The position numbers and the translations under genes are program-made. Of a DNA stretch of 64,000 nucleotides, positions 28,238 to 37,956 are shown piece by piece. The stretch spans positions 1,617 through 65,616 of the forward strand of contig CAZOUV010000001.1 in the NCBI GenBank assembly GCA_964583105.1, in the 5' to 3' direction. This DNA comes from an uncultured Gammaproteobacteria bacterium. GTDB taxonomy: Bacteria; Patescibacteriota; Microgenomatia; UBA8517. The notes below the pieces were generated by a model. That model did not search any database. It was not told where the DNA came from and saw nothing but the letters and a program-made list of their open reading frames with translations. The stretch's first letter is position 1, and every line of letters begins with the position of its first letter.

Positions 28238-30889
28238 ATGTTTAAATTTTTTTCAAACCTTTTGGATCTTAACAAAAGGGAAATAGACAGGCTTTCCAAA
28301 ATTGTCGAAAAGATAAATTCTCAGGAGCCTAAAATAAAAAAACTTAAAGACAAAGAATTTAAAGAAAAAACTTTGGAATTTAAAAAAAGAATAGAAAAAG
28401 GGGAATCACAAGATTCAATCCTGCCTGAAGCTTTTGCTTTGGTAAGAGAAGCTTCTTTAAGAGTTTTGGGAATGCGTCCTTTTGATGTTCAGATGATGGC
28501 TGCAACATCCCTTTTTGAAGGAAAAGTTGCTGAACAGCGAACTGGTGAAGGAAAAACTCTTTCCGCCGTTGCCCCTCTTTACTTAAGGGCTTTAAAGGGA
28601 ATGGGTTCTCATTTGGTTACGGTTAACGATTATCTTGCAAGGCTTGGTGCAGGATGGAATGGACCTGTTTTTGATTTTCTTGGTATGAGTGTTGGTGTAA
28701 TTATCCAAGAAAACAAATCTTTCATTTTTGATCCTAAATTTACAGATAACAGTCACGGAGATGAAAGACTTTCCCATCTTAAGCCATGCGAAAGAAAGAT
28801 TTCATATCAGGCAGATATTACTTACGGAACCAACAATGAATACGGTTTTGATTATTTAAGGGACAACATGGTTCAGGGTTTGGATGAAATGGTCCAAAGA
28901 GGACACTACTTTGCAATTGTTGATGAGGTTGATTCCATTTTAATAGATGAAGCTCGTACTCCTCTTATTATTTCTGCTCCCGATACCGAACCTACAGATA
29001 AATATTACAAATTTGCCCAGCTTGTGGATAAGCTTAACTCCGATACTGATTTCAAGATTGATGAAAAAGCAAAAAGTGCATCATTAACGGAACACGGAAT
29101 CGCAAAAGTTGAAAAAATTCTTGGAGTATCGAATTTATATGAAAAAGATTTTGAATCCATTCACCATATAGAAAATGCCCTTCGTGCTAGAAGTCTTTAT
29201 TTAAGAGATAAAGACTATGTTGTCAAAGATAATCAGGTAACTATAGTTGATGAGTTTACTGGAAGATTAATGGTTGGACGACGTTGGTCAGACGGTCTTC
29301 ATCAGGCGGTTGAAGCAAAAGAAAATGTTGCTATTCAGCAAGAATCAAAAACCTTAGCAACAATTTCGTTTCAGAACTACTTCAGGATGTACAAACATCT
29401 TTCGGGGATGACCGGAACTGCGGCAACCGAGGCGGAAGAATTCAAAAAAATTTACAACTTGGATGTTGTGGTTGTTCCCACCCATAGACCCATGGTAAGG
29501 AAGGATAATTCGGATTCGATTTATAAAACACTAAGAGGTAAATATGGGGCCATAGTTTCCGAAATCGAGGAAATGCATAAAAAAGGCCAGCCGGTTTTGG
29601 TTGGAACTACCTCAATTGAGAAAAACGAAATAATTTCGGAATACTTAAAAAGAAGAAAAATTCCTCATAACGTTTTAAATGCTAAAAACCACGAAAGGGA
29701 AGCTTCAATTATCTCCGAAGCGGGTGAAGTTGGGGCAGTAACTGTTGCAACCAATATGGCAGGTCGAGGTGTCGATATTGTTTTGGGAGGAGCAAGACCA
29801 ACGGATAAAAAAGATTTCAAAAGATGGCAGGAAAAACACGAAAAAGTAGTTAAGGCAGGGGGACTTCATGTTATAGGAACCGAAAGACACGAATCCCGAA
29901 GAATAGATAATCAGTTAAGAGGAAGATCAGGAAGACAGGGGGATCCAGGTTCCTCAAGATTTTATCTTTCTCTGGAGGATGATTTGATGAGAATTTTCGG
30001 AGGAGAACAAATAGGAACGCTTATGGATAGACTGAAGCTTCCCGAAGATCAACCTATTCAAAACATTCTTATTTCAAAAGCAATTGAACAAGCTCAAGTT
30101 AAGGTAGAAGGATTTCATTTTGATATAAGAAAAAGGCTTGTGGAATTTGATGATGTTGCTAATCAACAAAGGGACATTATCTATAAATTAAGAAGAAAGG
30201 TTTTGGAACTTAAGGACCTGAAGGAAGAGGTGCTTGCAAGAATTAAAGAAAGACTTGCAAGATTTGTGGAAAATCAGGAGGTACTTGATACCGAAACAAC
30301 AATTGCCAATCTTTTAGAGGTTGTTCCTTTTGACGAAGGATCTATCAGAAACATAAAAACACAATTGACAAACATAAAAGAAAAGGAAGAAACAAAAAAT
30401 TTTCTTTATAAGGTATTGGATGATGTTCATAGAACAAGAGAAGGACAGGTTGGGGAAGAAATTATGAGACAGATCGAAAAGTATGCCTATTTGGGTTCAA
30501 TTGACCGTCTTTGGATGGACCATATTGACCATATTGACGATTTAAGGGAAGGTGTTGAACTTAGGGCTTACGGACAAAGGGATCCTTTGGTTGAATTTAA
30601 AAACGAGGCATATTCTCTTTTTGAAAACTTAGTAGATAGAATTAATCAGGAGTTATCAAGAAGATTATTTAGAATCGGAGTAAATATTCCTAAACCTGAA
30701 ATTCCTTTGTCTCAAGCAAGAGAAAACATAGACAAAAGCGATGCAACCGGGCTTTCGGGAAATGCGGATACCACTGCGTTAGCCGGAGAACCCGCCTTTC
30801 CTAAAAAAAGTAAGTTGGGAAGAAATGACCCTTGTCCTTGTGGAAGCGGAAAAAAATATAAACATTGCCATTATCCGCAGTATGGTTAA
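28238..30889 (+). CDS. secA: preprotein translocase ATPase SecA
   Basis: DEAD motor domains and the C-terminal Zn finger CPCGSGKKYKHCH. 883 aa. Confidence 0.95.
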   Translation: MFKFFSNLLDLNKREIDRLSKIVEKINSQEPKIKKLKDKEFKEKTLEFKKRIEKGESQDSILPEAFALVREASLRVLGMRPFDVQMMAATSLFEGKVAEQRTGEGKTLSAVAPLYLRALKGMGSHLVTVNDYLARLGAGWNGPVFDFLGMSVGVIIQENKSFIFDPKFTDNSHGDERLSHLKPCERKISYQADITYGTNNEYGFDYLRDNMVQGLDEMVQRGHYFAIVDEVDSILIDEARTPLIISAPDTEPTDKYYKFAQLVDKLNSDTDFKIDEKAKSASLTEHGIAKVEKILGVSNLYEKDFESIHHIENALRARSLYLRDKDYVVKDNQVTIVDEFTGRLMVGRRWSDGLHQAVEAKENVAIQQESKTLATISFQNYFRMYKHLSGMTGTAATEAEEFKKIYNLDVVVVPTHRPMVRKDNSDSIYKTLRGKYGAIVSEIEEMHKKGQPVLVGTTSIEKNEIISEYLKRRKIPHNVLNAKNHEREASIISEAGEVGAVTVATNMAGRGVDIVLGGARPTDKKDFKRWQEKHEKVVKAGGLHVIGTERHESRRIDNQLRGRSGRQGDPGSSRFYLSLEDDLMRIFGGEQIGTLMDRLKLPEDQPIQNILISKAIEQAQVKVEGFHFDIRKRLVEFDDVANQQRDIIYKLRRKVLELKDLKEEVLARIKERLARFVENQEVLDTETTIANLLEVVPFDEGSIRNIKTQLTNIKEKEETKNFLYKVLDDVHRTREGQVGEEIMRQIEKYAYLGSIDRLWMDHIDHIDDLREGVELRAYGQRDPLVEFKNEAYSLFENLVDRINQELSRRLFRIGVNIPKPEIPLSQARENIDKSDATGLSGNADTTALAGEPAFPKKSKLGRNDPCPCGSGKKYKHCHYPQYG

Positions 30890-30890
30890 A

Positions 30891-31326
30891 AGTTATGTCA
30901 GAATCAAAAATTGAGTCAATTCATACTGAAAAAAAGAAAATAACACCTGAAATATTAGGAATTGAAGCACAGTTTGATCGTATTTACCGTGGCGATTATG
31001 TTTATGGTAGAAATACGCTTCAAGCCAGGGATTATTTGTTAAAACACTTAAACGTTATTGAAAAAGATTTGAAAAGTGATAATGATGGAAGTTGTTCTCT
31101 TCGAATGATGGAAATGATTTTAGATCCGGATTATCCGCATGAACTGGATCCATTTTATCGTCAGGAAGTTGCGAATTTTGTAGATGATCATTTTGAGGAT
31201 ATTGCTAAAAGAATTACACCAAATGGCCTGAATGAAAAAAACATGAATAGTGAAACAGCCAGAGCTCTTCGAGTATTGACTAGTACCCTAAGTGTGCTGA
31301 GGGAAAAAGTGATTTGGTTACAATAA
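30891..31326 (+). CDS. hypothetical protein (145 aa), first gene of a 2-gene insertion after secA
   Basis: ATG immediately after the secA stop. No motif recognised. The codon choice looks different from its neighbours. Confidence 0.4.
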
Positions 31327-32342
31327 AGTATTTAGAGTTGTTTGATAAGAATAAGGAAATTATGATAAAAGAGTTTAAAGAACAACAAATGTTCAGCAGA
31401 CCCTTAGCAACATTTTTGTTTTATGAGTGGTCATTTTACCCCCCAGAAAAGAGTAAAAATACCGATAAACTAGTCAAAGAATTATTGTTTTATGATGGTG
31501 TGAAAGAATCTAAAGTTAGAGGTTTGTTTGATAAACTCCAGGAATATCGGCCAAATCTGATTCGTATCTTAGTTAAGGAAGAGCTTGAAAAGTACATTGA
31601 CGATGACGAAATTAGAGAAGATTGGGTCTCATCGCTTGAGGGTTATCAATATCATCGTTTTCCTAAAAGTCTTAACAGTATCGAGGTTTATAGTATGTTA
31701 GAAACCTGTAGACAGATTGAAGCAGTTGTTCCTAAAGGATGTGAACGTTTGAATAAACTTTTTGGCATAACCCATATTGCTCGATACCCCCATGAGATGT
31801 TACTTGAACAATTAAATGATTGGGATAATTATGATGACAGTCCATATGGAGTGATTGTTAGTGCTTGGGATGATTGGAATAATGCTTTTGCTCATGCTGG
31901 TGGTTCGGATCCTGACTTAAACGGTCATTTTGGGATTAATAGACATCTTTATCTTGATCTAAAGAAATTAGGGTATAAATTTCGAGCTATTGAAGTGAAA
32001 AATAAAGAAGAATTCATAACTCGCCAGCTATTTTTAGGAGAACATTTTGCTCAAGCAGGTAAGTTTCAGTTTCTCCACATTGCTGCTCACGGTTCACCCG
32101 AGGGTATACATTTAGGGAGAGGGGAAAATGATAAGGTTCGAACGGAAGATATTCGGCTATTAATGAAAGATCTTGCTCCACTCTACATTCCTCATATGGA
32201 GACTGTTTTTAAATCTTGCTCAACTGGGACGAAATTAGGTTTCGCCAGCAAATGGGCCAGTCTTGGCTCAGATATTTGTGCGGTTGCCCCAGACCAAAAC
32301 GGTAGTATCAAGAGTATATACCCATTAATGAGGGGGGGGTAA
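31314..32342 (+). CDS. hypothetical protein with a C-terminal caspase/CHAT-like His...Cys dyad (putative peptidase)
   Basis: FLHIAAHGSPEGIHLG (SHG-like His), then about 50 aa later ETVFKSCSTG (SACxTG-like Cys). The spacing fits caspase-fold C14/CHAT proteins. The gene ends in a G8 homopolymer. Confidence 0.4.
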   Translation: MVTIKYLELFDKNKEIMIKEFKEQQMFSRPLATFLFYEWSFYPPEKSKNTDKLVKELLFYDGVKESKVRGLFDKLQEYRPNLIRILVKEELEKYIDDDEIREDWVSSLEGYQYHRFPKSLNSIEVYSMLETCRQIEAVVPKGCERLNKLFGITHIARYPHEMLLEQLNDWDNYDDSPYGVIVSAWDDWNNAFAHAGGSDPDLNGHFGINRHLYLDLKKLGYKFRAIEVKNKEEFITRQLFLGEHFAQAGKFQFLHIAAHGSPEGIHLGRGENDKVRTEDIRLLMKDLAPLYIPHMETVFKSCSTGTKLGFASKWASLGSDICAVAPDQNGSIKSIYPLMRGG

Positions 32343-32453
32343 CCTAGTTGGTTTTAATGTTAAATACTTCAACATTGAAAAAAATATAAATGCAGTTAGG
32401 TTTCCCCAATTTGAGTGATTGTCTAGTAGAAACGAACTTATGTAGCAGTCTAT

Positions 32454-32816
32454 TTGACAAGTGTTTCAAACATTGTCATTATTTCTAATATGGATGAATT
32501 AAAGATTGAAGATATAAATATTGGAACCGGGACAGAAGCCGTAAGCGGAAAGATGGTTACGGTCAATTATTCGGGGACTTTGGAAAACGGAAAGAAATTC
32601 GACAGTTCATATGATAGAGGTATTCCTTTTTCTTTTAATCTCGGTGCATCTGAAGTAATTGCTGGATGGGATCAGGGAGTTGTTGGTATGAAAGTTGGAG
32701 GAAAAAGAAAACTTATGATTCCGGCTTCATTGGGATACGGATCTTCAGGGGCAGGAGAAGTGATTCCTCCGGGAGCTACTTTAATTTTTGAAATAGAACT
32801 TCTTAAGGTAGAATAG
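32454..32816 (+). CDS. FKBP-type peptidyl-prolyl cis-trans isomerase
   Basis: VTVNYSGTLENGKKFDSSYDRGIPFSFNLG...GATLIFEIELLKV is the canonical FKBP domain. Confidence 0.85.
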   Translation: MTSVSNIVIISNMDELKIEDINIGTGTEAVSGKMVTVNYSGTLENGKKFDSSYDRGIPFSFNLGASEVIAGWDQGVVGMKVGGKRKLMIPASLGYGSSGAGEVIPPGATLIFEIELLKVE

Positions 32817-32818
32817 TT

Positions 32819-33535
32819 TTGATGAATACACTTCAAAATTTAAAGAAAGATCTTCGGAAGTTTGAAAGACCTACTAAAGCAAAAATTTTGACCAGATTTT
32901 TTAAGACCGGAAAAGGCGAGTATGCTGAAGGGGACAGTTTTCTTGGTCTTAAAACGGATGAGACGAAGTTTGTTTCAAAAAAATATAAAGATCTCAACTA
33001 TAAAGATTTAAAAACTTTGTTACTTTCCAAAATTCATGAAGAAAGAATGACTGCGATTATGATTATGGTTGAGAGATTTAAGAAGGGAGATTTTAAGACA
33101 AAAGAAGAGGTTTATGATTTTTATTGTAAAAATCTTTTGGGAATAAACAACTGGGATTTGGTTGATGTAAGTTGCCCGCATATTATTGGCGGATATCTTT
33201 TTATTTCGAAAAAATCAAGAAAAACTCTTTATGATTTAGCCCGATCCGACAATTTATGGTTAAAAAGAATTTCCATTATGTCTTCTTTTTATTTTATAAG
33301 GGAAAATGATTTTGAAGACAGCTTAAAAATATCCAAGATCCTTTTAAGGGATAAACATGATTTAATCCATAAAGCGGTAGGATGGATGTTAAGGGAAATC
33401 GGAAAAAGAGATATGGATGTTGAAGAAAAATTTTTAAGAGCTCATTATAAAAAAATGCCAAGAACCACGTTGAGGTATGCTATTGAAAAATTTCCGGAAA
33501 GTTTAAGAATAAAATATCTGCATTCAAAAATTTAA
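32819..33535 (+). CDS. DNA alkylation repair protein (AlkD/AlkC HEAT-like repeat family)
   Basis: The length and the N-terminal pattern (LRKFERPTKAKILTRFFKTGKGEYAEGDSFLG) are typical of the family. Confidence 0.65.
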   Translation: MMNTLQNLKKDLRKFERPTKAKILTRFFKTGKGEYAEGDSFLGLKTDETKFVSKKYKDLNYKDLKTLLLSKIHEERMTAIMIMVERFKKGDFKTKEEVYDFYCKNLLGINNWDLVDVSCPHIIGGYLFISKKSRKTLYDLARSDNLWLKRISIMSSFYFIRENDFEDSLKISKILLRDKHDLIHKAVGWMLREIGKRDMDVEEKFLRAHYKKMPRTTLRYAIEKFPESLRIKYLHSKI

Positions 33536-33537
33536 AT

Positions 33538-34074
33538 ATGATTAAAGCAGTTGCTTTCGATTTAGCAAGAGTATTTATAGATGTTAAAAATATACCATTG
33601 TCTTCTGTGGAAAAGTTGCTTTTAATGACTTTCGATTACAAAGTCGGAGATGAATTGTTTTGGGATTGGGCAGAAAAAGAAACGGGGATTCAAAGAAAAA
33701 AACTTGAAGAAATATCCCGAAATACTATAAATAAGATATATAGGGTAAGGGAACCGGATATTTTCGAAAAGTTGCCAAAATTGAAGTTTGCAACAGCATC
33801 CAACCACATATCGATGATCAAAGATTGGCTAAAAAAAGAAAACGTCTATGATAAGTTTTTTTGTCACGTAATTTCGCAAGACATTCATTTTATGAAACCC
33901 TCTTTCGAGTTTTATAAAATTTTAATTGAAAAGTTGGCAGAAAAACCCGAAGAGATTCTATTCGTTGACGATAAAGAGGAAAATGTTGAAGGAGCTAAAG
34001 AAGCAGGTCTTAAAACTCTTTTATATGATGGACAAATACCCCTGTCTGAAAGTATATTAAAAGTAATTAAATGA
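33538..34074 (+). CDS. HAD-superfamily hydrolase-like protein
   Basis: N-terminal AFDLARVF (degenerate motif I) and C-terminal ILFVDDKEENVEGAKEAG (motifs III/IV). Confidence 0.5.
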   Translation: MIKAVAFDLARVFIDVKNIPLSSVEKLLLMTFDYKVGDELFWDWAEKETGIQRKKLEEISRNTINKIYRVREPDIFEKLPKLKFATASNHISMIKDWLKKENVYDKFFCHVISQDIHFMKPSFEFYKILIEKLAEKPEEILFVDDKEENVEGAKEAGLKTLLYDGQIPLSESILKVIK

Positions 34075-34604
34075 AAGATAAAATTAAAAAGATAATCGGT
34101 TTAATTTTTGCCGTTATTCTAAGTGTCGTAATTTTTATATTTAGGGACAAACTTGTCGATTTTGAAAGTTACGGATATTTGGGAATTTTTGTAATAAGTG
34201 TTTTGGGCAATGCGACCATTATTCTTCCTGTTCCCGTTATATTAACTGCGTTTTTGGGTGGGGGGATATTTAATCCTATTTTGGTAGGACTGGTTTCCTC
34301 TTTTGGAGCAACAATAGGAGAACTTACCGGATATGTTGCGGGAAGAAGCGGGAGAGTTGTAATCGAGAATAATCCAAAATTTGCAAAAATTGAAAAGTGG
34401 ATGACAAAATACGGTCTTTGGACAATATTTGTATTAGCCGTTATACCCAATCCCGCTTTTGATCTTGCCGGAATCGTATCGGGTGCAACCAAGATTCCCG
34501 TATGGAAATATTTTTTGGTTACCTGGGCCGGAAAGTTTATTAAATTTATGGGTTTTGCTCTTCTGGGATCGGGGTCTTCCGGTTTGATTGACAGATTTAC
34601 CTAA
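34071..34604 (+). CDS. DedA/TVP38 (VTT domain) membrane protein
   Basis: GNATIILPVPVILTAFLGG ... GATIGELTGYVAGR resembles the DedA core. Confidence 0.65.
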   Translation: MKDKIKKIIGLIFAVILSVVIFIFRDKLVDFESYGYLGIFVISVLGNATIILPVPVILTAFLGGGIFNPILVGLVSSFGATIGELTGYVAGRSGRVVIENNPKFAKIEKWMTKYGLWTIFVLAVIPNPAFDLAGIVSGATKIPVWKYFLVTWAGKFIKFMGFALLGSGSSGLIDRFT

Positions 34605-34607
34605 TCA

Positions 34608-35690
34608 ATGGGAAAAAGAATCTTTAAAAGCAGGTTTGGTGAAATTAAACTTCCCGCCTTTTTCCCCGATGCAACCAGGGGAGTTGTTAAAACGTTGGAT
34701 TTTGAAGATGTAGAAAAAACTAAAACCCCTGGAGTTTTGGTTAATACCTTCCATCTATGGCAAGGACTTAACTCAAAAGTTTTAAATAAATTTGGAAATA
34801 TATCTAGGTTTATGTGTTGGTATGGTGCAACCGTTTCTGATTCTGGAGGATTTCAGGTAATGTCCTTAATTAAAAAGGGAAAAGTTGCGGGAAAAATTAG
34901 AGACGAGGGTCTAATTATTTATTCGGGGAAAAACAGGAAAGTTGTTTTTTCTCCTGAAGAATCAATTCGTTTCCAAATAAAATTGGGAACGGATATGGTA
35001 ATTGTTCTCGATGATTTTACCGATCCAAAATCTTCATATAAAGAAGCCAAAGAGTCGGTTGAAAGAACCATACTTTGGGCAAGAAGATCAAAGAAAGAAT
35101 TTGAAACATTAACTAAAGGGAAAAATATAAAACCATATATTTTAGGGGTTGTTCAGGGGGGAGAATATTTGGATTTAAGGGAATATTGTACAAAAGAATT
35201 GGTAAAGATAGGTTTTGACGGATTAGGTTGGGGAGGATGGCCCTTTGATGAAAAAGGGAAAATAAATTATGCATCAGCCGAAGTAATTTCCCAAAATACT
35301 CCCGATAATTATTTTCTCCATGGACTCGGAATAGGTAAACCTGACGATATCGTTAAATGCACCTTATTGGGATTTAATATTTTTGATTGTGTAATTCCTA
35401 CAAGAGATGCAAGACATGGAAGATTATTTATTTTTAATGCAAGTTCGAAGGAAAAAATTAATTTAAAAGAAAAAAAATTCTACTCTGTTTTTAATGCGGA
35501 TAAAGAAATAAATACTTTTGATAATTTACCCGTAAGTAAAATTTGTGATTGTTTGCTATGTAAAAAATACTCGAGAGGATATCTAAGACATTTGTTTAAA
35601 ATTGGAGATACAACTGCAATGAGACTTTCTTCAATTCACAACCTTCGTTTTTATTCGATGTTGATGGAAAAAATTCAATCGATTAAATAA
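34608..35690 (+). CDS. tgt: queuine tRNA-ribosyltransferase
   Basis: TIM-barrel TGT motifs (FFPDATRG, DSGGFQVMSL, VVQGG) and the Zn site CDCLLCKKYSRGYLRHL. Confidence 0.9.
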   Translation: MGKRIFKSRFGEIKLPAFFPDATRGVVKTLDFEDVEKTKTPGVLVNTFHLWQGLNSKVLNKFGNISRFMCWYGATVSDSGGFQVMSLIKKGKVAGKIRDEGLIIYSGKNRKVVFSPEESIRFQIKLGTDMVIVLDDFTDPKSSYKEAKESVERTILWARRSKKEFETLTKGKNIKPYILGVVQGGEYLDLREYCTKELVKIGFDGLGWGGWPFDEKGKINYASAEVISQNTPDNYFLHGLGIGKPDDIVKCTLLGFNIFDCVIPTRDARHGRLFIFNASSKEKINLKEKKFYSVFNADKEINTFDNLPVSKICDCLLCKKYSRGYLRHLFKIGDTTAMRLSSIHNLRFYSMLMEKIQSIK

Positions 35691-35706
35691 ATAAAATAAT
35701 TTGCTA

Positions 35707-35736
35707 TTGACAAACTAAATACGAAGTGGTTATACT
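35707..35736 (+). promoter_or_regulatory. sigma-70-type promoter (TTGACA-N18-TATACT)
   Basis: It lies inside the ORF-track start (35726) of the next gene. The true start is therefore ATG 35747. Confidence 0.5.
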
Positions 35737-35746
35737 CTTGGCCACA

Positions 35747-36388
35747 ATGGAAGAAAACCAAAATCCTGAGGTTCAGCAAACTCAGCAGGTTGTAGAAACT
35801 CCTCAGGAAAACGTTTCTTTTGCACCTGTTTCTGCAAAACCAAAATCAAAAGGGAAAGTAAAAACTTTTCTTGGGATTTTTATTCTTGTAATTTTTATAG
35901 TCGGAGGATTTTTAATATTTAAGGACAGTGGTGAAAAAACCCCAGAAGTAGAAGGGACTTTTGAAGAAAGCGAAGAGGAGGTAGTTGTCTCTTCACCAAC
36001 TCCAACTTCTGAACCTGCTGATAAAGAGGAAGTTACAATTTCAATTCAAAATGGAACAGGAATTGTAGGAGAAGCGGCATATATAAGGGATATTCTTAAG
36101 GTTGCAGGCTTTTCTGTTTTTAAAATAGGAAATGCGGATACAACGGATAATATTACGACAAAAGTAACTTATTTAAGTTCTCTTTCGGAAACCACCAAAG
36201 ACGAAATAACAGAAAAACTTGAGAGTGTTTACAAAGAAGTAACAGTTGCAAATTCTTCAACCCAAACAGACGAAGTAGTAGTTGTAACCGGTTTGAGAAA
36301 AGGATCAACTGCAAAACCTTCTGCAACTTCCACACCCACAGCATCCTCTTCCGCTACTCCTTCTGCAAGTCCTACGGCTACACCTTAA
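35747..36388 (+). CDS. membrane-anchored LytR_C-like (LytR/CpsA/Psr C-terminal domain) protein with a Ser/Thr/Pro-rich tail
   Basis: TM helix, then VTISIQNGTGIVGEAAYIRDILKVAGFSV...KVTYL, typical of the LytR_C domain. Confidence 0.45.
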   Translation: MEENQNPEVQQTQQVVETPQENVSFAPVSAKPKSKGKVKTFLGIFILVIFIVGGFLIFKDSGEKTPEVEGTFEESEEEVVVSSPTPTSEPADKEEVTISIQNGTGIVGEAAYIRDILKVAGFSVFKIGNADTTDNITTKVTYLSSLSETTKDEITEKLESVYKEVTVANSSTQTDEVVVVTGLRKGSTAKPSATSTPTASSSATPSASPTATP

Positions 36389-36809
36389 GTCTATAGCTTC
36401 TGACGATTCTTTTTCCGTTTGCAAGATATATTGTTATTACAAATTTTGCGTTGGTAATTCCTGTATCATATCTGCAAGCTCCTTTAGAACAGCTTCCGAA
36501 AATGATGTCTCTGGTTGCACTTCCTACGGATGTATCTGTTATGGACCCGGATGCGCCTTGCATGGTTCCTTTTGTTTGATAACTTAAAAAATAATCCACC
36601 TTACTTGCTGCCTGAAGATTGTTAAGAGTTACAATTATTCCCAATCTATCTCCTCTGAATTTAACTGACGAGGTAACGGATGATGATTGTGAGGCAACTA
36701 CCGGTTTAGTGCTTCTCAAAAATGGCAAAACCTTTTTTGCAAAAGCAGGTTTTGTTTGCACGATAAAAAGTAAAAAAATAATTAATAAGATATATCTTAT
36801 TTTTTTCAT
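36378..36809 (-). CDS. secreted hypothetical protein (signal peptide)
   Basis: N-terminal MKKIRYILLIIFLLFIVQTKPAFA signal. Confidence 0.4.
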   Translation of the reverse strand: MKKIRYILLIIFLLFIVQTKPAFAKKVLPFLRSTKPVVASQSSSVTSSVKFRGDRLGIIVTLNNLQAASKVDYFLSYQTKGTMQGASGSITDTSVGSATRDIIFGSCSKGACRYDTGITNAKFVITIYLANGKRIVRSYRLKV

Positions 36810-36857
36810 GCAGCTTATTTCATGATATATTTAAAGTAGTCAAATCTCAATCATTTA

Positions 36858-37454
36858 ATGGATAAAAAATTGCAAATATTTATAGGTATAGCAGTTTTAA
36901 TTTTGGCTGCAGCAGTTGGCTATTATGTTGTTGTTTTTAAAAACAAGGCAGATATGACCAAACAAGCCGGCATTCTTGAAACTAGGGTAAATGAGGAGGT
37001 TGTGAAGGCGGATTTGGAATACAAAGATGCTGCGGGTTTTTCTTTTATGTACCCCAAATCTTTGGAAGCCGAGGATATTACTCCAGATGAAGATTCCTAT
37101 TACAGTAAAGTGAGACTTTCAAAAATTGGGAGTGAATTGTCAGTTATTGTTAAAGATGAAACCGAAAAAACGGTTGATGAATATATTTTGTCAAATGATT
37201 ATTTTAAAAACGCGGTTTTGGTGGGAGCTATCAATTTAGCCAAAATTCCGGCCAAACAATATGAAATTGAAGGAAAGTTAATTACTCTGGCAATTAAAGA
37301 CGGCATACTTTATTTGATAGAAGGTAAAAAGGATGCCGGATTTTGGGAAGAAACTCAGGATTTGATTATTTCCACTTTTTCTTTTGGATTTGAGGAGACA
37401 AGTAGATCTTCAGACAACAATACAACATACGAATCCGAAATAATTGTGGAGTAG
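36858..37454 (+). CDS. membrane-anchored hypothetical protein
   Basis: N-terminal TM. No motif recognised. Confidence 0.4.
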   Translation: MDKKLQIFIGIAVLILAAAVGYYVVVFKNKADMTKQAGILETRVNEEVVKADLEYKDAAGFSFMYPKSLEAEDITPDEDSYYSKVRLSKIGSELSVIVKDETEKTVDEYILSNDYFKNAVLVGAINLAKIPAKQYEIEGKLITLAIKDGILYLIEGKKDAGFWEETQDLIISTFSFGFEETSRSSDNNTTYESEIIVE

Positions 37455-37472
37455 ATAGTATAATAGTATTAA

Positions 37473-37937
37473 ATGAACCCTGCTCAATTTATTTCCAAAA
37501 ATTTGGATTTTAATTTAGGTAAACTTTCTTTTTCTCCTTCGTATCTTCAGGCGGGAATTATAGTGATTTTAATTTTTGTTCTTGTATTAATGCTGGCTCA
37601 GATTCGAAGACATTACGTAAATTGGTCTTTTAAGGGAGCTTTATTTGGAGTCTTTTTTGGTTTTCTTCTGGCTCTTATTTTGGAGGGTTTTTTAATTATT
37701 GGTGGAAAAACCGCAATTACTCAGGTTTTAGGTTGGAAAAATGCTCCCAAACCTGTGGCAAATCTGCTTGAAGCAGGAAGAGGAGAACTGATAAAAGTTT
37801 TAGGAGAGCAGACAGAAATTACCATTCCCGATGCCGTTGCAAAATTAAATCCCACATTTGATGATGCGATTATCTTTTTTCAGAGCTTGAATCCGACCGA
37901 GGCTCAGAAAATTAAAAACTTCATTTGCAAACCCTAG
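37473..37937 (+). CDS. hypothetical membrane protein (2 TM)
   Basis: ORF with two hydrophobic helices. Confidence 0.4.
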   Translation: MNPAQFISKNLDFNLGKLSFSPSYLQAGIIVILIFVLVLMLAQIRRHYVNWSFKGALFGVFFGFLLALILEGFLIIGGKTAITQVLGWKNAPKPVANLLEAGRGELIKVLGEQTEITIPDAVAKLNPTFDDAIIFFQSLNPTEAQKIKNFICKP

Positions 37938-37956
37938 TTTTTGTTATACTTGACCC

